Origin: Selaginella moellendorffii
Taxonomy: Eukaryota > Plantae > Lycopodiophyta
Reading direction: 5' to 3'
Assembly (NCBI RefSeq): GCF_000143415.4
Contig: NW_003314390.1
Location: 86,973-150,972 of the forward strand
DNA: 64,000 nt
Made by a program: the position numbers and the translations under genes. The first letter of the stretch is position 1; each line of letters opens with the position of its first letter. Below are positions 57,710 through 64,000 of this stretch, in pieces. The notes below the pieces were generated by a model. The model worked only from the letters and a program-made list of their open reading frames with translations, had not been told where the DNA came from and made no database searches.

Positions 57710-60700
57710 TGTGAGACAGAAAATCCCTAGGCCCCAAAGTGGAGCCGGAAGGGCGCCACATGGTAGTGGCCGAAGCGAGAGCCAAACGAGCGTAACACGT
57801 TTGGACCAAAAGCTCCGACTTGAAAAGTCAAGAGCGGGAGTGGAACTCCCAACGAAGTGCCCGAGGAACGAGCACGAAGCGAGCAAAAGGTGAGGCTCCA
57901 AAAAGGGACCCAAAAGGACCAACACATGACACATGGGAGTGTCCGAGATGGACTCGAGTTGGAGTCCGAAGTGGAGTCCGAGATGGACCCGAGTTGGAGT
58001 CCGAAGTGGAGTCCGAGGTGGACCCGAGATGGACCCGAGTTGGAGTCCGAAGTGGAGTCCGAGATGGAGTCCGAGATGGAGTCCGAGATGGAGTCCGAGG
58101 TGGACCTGAGATGGACCCGAGTTGGAGTCCGAAGTGGAGTCCGAGATGGACCCGAGATGGAGTCCGAGATGGAGTCCGAGGTGGACCCGAGATGGACCCG
58201 AAATGGAGTCCGAGATGGAGTCCGAGATGGACCCGAGATGGAGTCCGAGATGGACCCGAGATGGACCCGAGATGGAGTCCGAGATGGAGTCCGAGATGGA
58301 GTCCGAGATGGAGTCCGAAGTCGAGACCGAGACCGGGACCGAGACCGGGACCGAGACCGAGACCGAGACCGAGATCGGGACCGAGACCGAGGCCGAGGCC
58401 GAGACCGAGCCCGAGCCCGAGTCCGAGTCCGAATCCGAGTCCGAGTCCGAGTCCGAGTCCGAGTCCGAGTCCGAGTCCGGAGCCTGAGAGGGTGAAAGCC
58501 CAAAGCGTTCGTCTCCCAGACCCTGGGGGGTTTGGTGAGCCCCAAAAGTATAGTAGGGGGAGGACTGCAGTGGAGCCAGTTTGGCCAGGAAAGGCCAGTT
58601 TGGCCCAGGAAGGCCAGACCCAGTGTTGGGTGATGAGCTGCCCACTGGGAAGTCCAAGACTAGAGTGAACACGGACCGACAAGCGGGGTAGCTTGGTGAA
58701 GTGTTCAAGAGCCGGCTTTAGTTCCCCCGGGAGATCGACTGGCCGATGCTCCCAGTCCAAGTGTGGGTGGCACTACCTACTTGGATACCTGGTGTGGCTC
58801 AATGGAACCTCGCTCTAAGCCCATGGCTAGAGCACCTAAAGGCGATAGGTGGGGAGAGTACCCAGGTGGCTCGCGTAAGGCCACGGTGTTCCGAAATGTT
58901 GTCCCAAAGGCCCAGACTGTGGAAAGGAAGAGGAGCAGTCCTCTGGGGTAGTGACCAAGGACACAGTCATGTGGTGAGGAAGTCCCAGAGGATCGTGGGA
59001 CTTAGTGGTCGGGCCTGTGGGCCTCGATCCAGTGGCAGTGTTGGCAAACACGGCCAGGGGCAGAAAGGGACTTGGTAGGAACTGACAAAGGGACTTTGGG
59101 GAAGGCAATTCCCCAGGTCTGTGGGCATCCTAAGGATGCTAAGGAGTGGATCCAGGATGACCACTCGTGGACACATGGCCCAGTCTTGGAGAGACGAGGT
59201 GGTGATGCAAGTGGTGTTGAACCACTAGTGCAGCAAAGGTGAATGGGCATGGCCTTAGCGTAACGGGCCGAGATGTCAGTGGTACCTTTGGGTGTCGGTC
59301 TCGGGACCGGACACGTGGGGCACTTGGACCAGGTGCAAGTGTGGAGTGGCATGGATGCCATTCTTGGGGCTAGCAAGTCCCAAGTCCTAAATTGGACTGA
59401 TGGAGGTTGTGAATGAGACTCCGCCAAGTAGTCGGAGGTGTGGTTAAGTGACTAAAGTAGAATGGAAAATTTAGTCGCTTACAATTTGGTATCGGAGCTG
59501 TTCCTTAGTCCGACTTTTATTGGTGCTCAAGTATATCACCACTGGTGTTGGCATCGGAAGGTCCGAGGAGTGGGCCTATCCTTGAGGAGTGGCAAGTCGG
59601 GAAGACATGGCTCTCCATTACAGTTCATGTGTGAACTTGTAGACGAGGTGGTGGATAGAAAAGGGCCAATAATGGAACGACTTTGGGATCTTGGGAACAG
59701 TGCAAGGTTTTCCTCATTGAGTTGAGGATGTGATTCGGATGAGCATTTGTCTCAGCAAATTGGCTTAGGTTGTTGTGGTAAACAACTAAAGTTGGGATCA
59801 CGGGAAAGATAGAGACTCCAAAACAATAAAGGAGTCACAAGATTATCCTCATATAGTTGAGGTTGGTGCTCATGAATGTGAGACCAAAGGTAATGACCGT
59901 GGAAGGTCAAATACGGAAGAGGACTCAAGTCCTTGAAATGGTAGCCGGGGCTACCTCTAATAAATGTTGGAACAACCCAAGGAGTTGGGGGTGTATTAAG
60001 TGGATGAGTTGGTATTCTCATCACATGGACAAGTAGTCCTAAGGGGCAAAGGTTGCCCCCAGAGAACAAAATCAAGTGTCGGAGTAACACTTGTGAAAAT
60101 AGTCCTTTTGAGTAGGACTGGAATGCAAGAAGGGTATTCCAGTGAGCTAGTGCCTCACAAGTAGAACCTTACGGGTCTGTGGATTAACCAAGTCCAAAAC
60201 TGCTGGATGACTCAAGTAGAGTCAAGCGATGGTCCTAAAAGGACTGATGGAAGCATTTGGACTGAGGTGTGTTGTACCCCACAAAGGATGGGGGGGATCA
60301 TAAGATCCAAGGATGAGAACAGAGGGTATCTCATCGATGGCAAAATGTGCCATGCTAAAGTTATGGGAAAGGTGTTCCCAGAAGAAAACAACTTTGACAT
60401 AAAGTTGTGTATGACCTCTATGGGGCAGTGCTAATGGATGGTTGGCATGAGAAAGAGCGGTGTTGGTCTTGGCAAAGACTTAGACACAAAAGGGAAATGT
60501 CATAGAGGTAGGCTCGTGGAGCCGATGGTGTGGAGACACCAAATGTGCCAAGGTGTGATACCTTGAGGCTATGTTGGTGGGTTCATGAGAACCCCTTGCC
60601 AAAGGAATCCTAATGGAAATGGGAATGGCATAGCCTAAGCGGTAGAGCATGCAGTTGGAGTGCGGTGACCCAGATAATGATGGAGGTGTGCAAGCACCAA

Positions 60701-63700
60701 GCAATGAGTTGTAGGACTTGACAACCATGAGGCAACTAAGCAAGAGGTGCAAAATAACTAGTTAAATGGGTAGAAGGTAGCTACCCAAGACTTCTAGTAT
60801 AGGGAAGTCGGATATACCCTTACGGGGGATAAGTTGCTTATGTTGCGATATAGTAAGTCAATGTCATAAAAGGAAATACTCATTGTCAAGAAAGCCATCA
60901 TTGGGACACCCGAACACTCTAGAACACCAGAAGGTGGTGTTTGATGTCGTGAGGGTAATGGATAAAGCCCAAGGGACTAAGTCCCTAGCGAATGATGGAT
61001 AGAAGGTGCTATCCAAATGTCCAAGGTTGCGGAGACGGGAGAGGACTGTCTACCCAAGTTGGACAAAGCCCAAAAATGGAATTTTGGCAAGGCTAGTGAT
61101 GGGCATGTAAAGGCCCATAAGCAACAATGTAATCCCAGTGTGTGGGATTATAAGCTGAGCATACCCGGATTGAGGAACCACTCCCTGGGCTATTGGGTAG
61201 GTTCATCCCTAAGAATACTTGCTAAGGCATGATAGAAAGTGCAAATCTATCCTCCTGGTCTGGAGGAGAATGACCGAAGAAAAGGTGTGAAGCCAAAGGC
61301 AAGTAGTATTGGGATGGAACTGAACCATAGAAATCAAAGGACATATCCAACAGTGGTTATGAAAGTTGGGAGTGGAGAAGCAAGAGGGTGCTCGAGGATG
61401 TTGTTGCTAGCAACCGTGATGCCATGGAGAGTCTAAAATATGGAATTGTCCATGTTAGACTATATGGCAACTATAAAGCTTGCGAAAGGGGAGGCCTTAG
61501 CAAGCTAAGGGACAGAGTTCCTTCAAGGTTCCCAAAGACGATTCTAGGTAGCGTAGTACCTAGAAAGGCCAAGTGTAAATGGTTCATGGAACACGCAAAA
61601 TCAGAGTGGCGCAGCAGAAGCGTGGTCTTGAAGCTTGCCATGAGGCAAGGCTGTCAAGGTTAGGGAAGTAGTTCCCGAGTGTTCAAAGAGAGGGCTTTGA
61701 ACGAAAGTCGATGGTCAAGGACTTTCACGCTTATGCAGGAACCATGTTACAATGGTCGGAGGACTTGCCAAGTGAGATTGGCACGTCAGGGGAACAAAGA
61801 CCCTAGTTGAAGGTGATAACTTCAAAAGGGGTGGGCCATGGGGCTGAGCATGGAGGAGTCCATGCATGATCACAGACATGTCAAGTGAGAGGACTTGGCA
61901 GTGTGGAGGAACTAGGTTCCTAAACTGTGATCTGTAGCGCGCTTTAAAAATAGGTTGGTGCACCGGCGTGGGGAGTCACGCCAGGCATCTAGTGTGATGC
62001 CGTCCGTAGATGCATATACGGAGGTTGGGTTCGAGTCCCGACCCTCTAGTGCTTGGGTTCGAGTCCCAAATCACTAGGGCGTGGTGATGGTTTGGAATAT
62101 GAGGACACTCATATTTCGGTGGTCATGGACTCTCAGTGGGGAGACTGGTTTGGGCACACCGCCAAGCGAGGGATGCCTCGGAGTCGTGATGCACGGTTAG
62201 ATTGCTTAGTGTGAAAGCTCAGCATATCTAACTTGAACACTTTGGTGCAAGTGGCACAAAGGTCGTGGTGAGTGAGATGGGGACACCTAATCTCAGTTGC
62301 TATGAACTCTTGGCCGTAAGGGCTAGCTTGGGTGCACCGCCAAGTGTGGGGGATGCCCCCGGGGTTATAGTCAACAACTTGGAGGTCTAGAAAACCAAGT
62401 ACCTCTTGGCAACTCTGTTAAGGTGCCAAGGTGAGATCACTAGGTGATCTTATGGCCAGAAAAGGACAAGGTCCTTGGTTGGCTAAGGGATGAAGTTCCT
62501 GGTTCAAAATGTTGAAATTGAACTGTTTAAGGTGGTGTGGCTTGGTCGTGATAACCAAGTGGGAAGAGCACCTAAGGGAAATAAACTATGTCCGTGCGAT
62601 GGCATAGTGAGTCCGAGGAAAGTAGTCTCTATAAAAGACCCATGGGAGGGTCACGAAGTTGGGCCGTGGATAGAGCCCATAGCAGAAGATGCTAAAGAGA
62701 CGTACTAGGGGTGAACATCCTCCGGACTTGGCAAAGAAGAGTCTTTGCTATGGAACTGAAACAATACCTCAAGGAGGGAGGTAGAGATTCGATGTTGCTT
62801 GGTGCAACAATCAACGGATAGGAGCAAAAGATGAATGGCCAAGATAGGGCCGTGGAATCCCTTGGAAGGAATCCAAGTGACAAAGTTAGGCGAGGAACAC
62901 TAATGTGTTGGACGCTAACAAGTTGCGGGAAAGTGTGTTGCGGGAAAGTGTGTTTCCAAGGAGGGATTCCGAATTGCTCCGATTTGGCAAAAGTTAACTG
63001 GAACTTTGGCACGAAATAGAAGAGAGGATGATAATGCCCTCGAGTAGAGAACTTCTTAGGATGGGAAGTGGAGTTGCACAAAAGGTGCAAGGCAAGGTGT
63101 CGGAGACACCTAGGAAATTGACTCCAAGAAGTCAAAATTCAAAGTTCCAAAGTGCAAAGGTTATATCGATGGAAATTGAGACTACTCGAGAAGGAGTAGT
63201 GGGATTGACTTAGAGAAGGGTTTCTAAGAGGTTTAGTGAGAACTAAACCAATAAAAGGAGAGAACCACTCCTTGTGGTCCAATCAGTCTCTAAGTTGGGG
63301 AGACTACCCTCCTTAGAGGATAGGCAAGGCATGGTGAGCCTTTGGTGTCAAACCATTGAGGCATATGCAAAAGGCATGGTGAGCCTTCAATGTCAAACCA
63401 TTGACAAATATTGGCTAGGTGCCAAGGATGGAAATGGTAACACATACGAGTGTTACTTTACAAAATGGTTTACCGTTCGATGAGGACATCGAACTTCGTC
63501 TATGGGTGGTGGAGTTGTGAGACACAAAATCCCTAGGCCCCAAAGTGGAGCCGGAAGGGCGCCACATGGTAGTGGCCGAAGTGAGAGCCAAACGAGCGTA
63601 ACACGTTTGGACCAAAAGCTCCGACTTGAAAAGTCAAGAGCGGGAGTGGAACTCCCAACGAAGTGCCCGAGGAACGAGCACGAAGCGAGCAAAAGGTGAG

Positions 63701-64000
63701 GCTCCAAAAAGGGACCCAAAAGGACCAACACATGACACGTGGGAGTGTCCGAGATGGACTCGAGTTGGAGTCCGAAGTGGAGTCCGAGATGGACCCGAGT
63801 TGGAGTCCGAAGTGGAGTCCGAGGTGGACCCGAGATGGACCCGAGTTGGAGTCCGAAGTGGAGTCCGAGATGGAGTCCGAGGTGGACCCGAGATGGACCC
63901 GAGTTGGAGTCCGAAGTGGAGTCCGAGATGGACCCGAGATGGAGTCCGAGATGGAGTCCGAGGTGGACCCGAGATGGACCCGAAATGGAGTCCGAGATGG
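57710..64000 (+). mobile_element. Young family-C LTR element, LARD-like (no recognisable gag/pol); 3' LTR runs off the window
   Basis: 5' LTR 57710-59483, PBS TGGTATCGGAGC at 59487, PPT GGGTGGTGGAGT and 3' LTR from 63516 (about 3 mismatches in the first 240 bp). Confidence 0.92.
57936..58480. repeat. Compound minisatellite inside the family-C LTR (11-13-mers GATGGAGTCCGA / GATGGACCCGA, then hexamers GAGACC and GAGTCC)
   Basis: Seen directly. Also at 63744-64000, 57330-57610 (decayed) and 11425-11870 (decayed, reverse). Confidence 0.95.

Noticed and set aside
57695-58760. Six overlapping 120-337 aa ORFs (also 11113-11880 and 57111-57730)
   Set aside because: They are products of the stop-free LTR minisatellite and are not protein-like.
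62020-62075. tRNA gene(s)
   Set aside because: Only T-arm-like motifs are present, and I could not fold a cloverleaf with acceptor stem and D-arm.

Overview
This is a compact, intron-containing land-plant locus. The 50-70 nt introns, intronless PLS/SS-type PPR genes and CYP90-like P450 point to a lycophyte such as Selaginella, which is my inference and not a database result. From 1-10 kb it is gene-dense: a cluster of five P1BS motifs, a FEX/CrcB fluoride exporter, a CYP90-like P450 with an aberrant I-helix, an FCP1/NIF phosphatase relic, a frameshifted NRAMP and a 774-aa PPR. From 13-38 kb there is a ~6-kb cassette (PPR head-to-head with a PORR gene, plus a signal-peptide protein with two HSP20 domains). 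It occurs as two near-identical copies plus decayed relics, separated by a metacaspase gene and a nested LTR/TRIM complex. The second copy carries a Merlin (IS1595-family) DNA transposon whose empty site is visible in the first copy. At 39 kb there is an orphan 199-aa gene with a long hydrophobic segment. From 40-64 kb is a retrotransposon nest. Gypsy-1 has an intact extra PMD-like ORF and two TRIM insertions, one of them a 5S-bearing Cassandra, and it sits in the LTR of Gypsy-2. These are followed by old and young copies of a non-coding LTR family with a minisatellite inside its LTR. Coordinates, exon junctions and substitution counts were read by eye.
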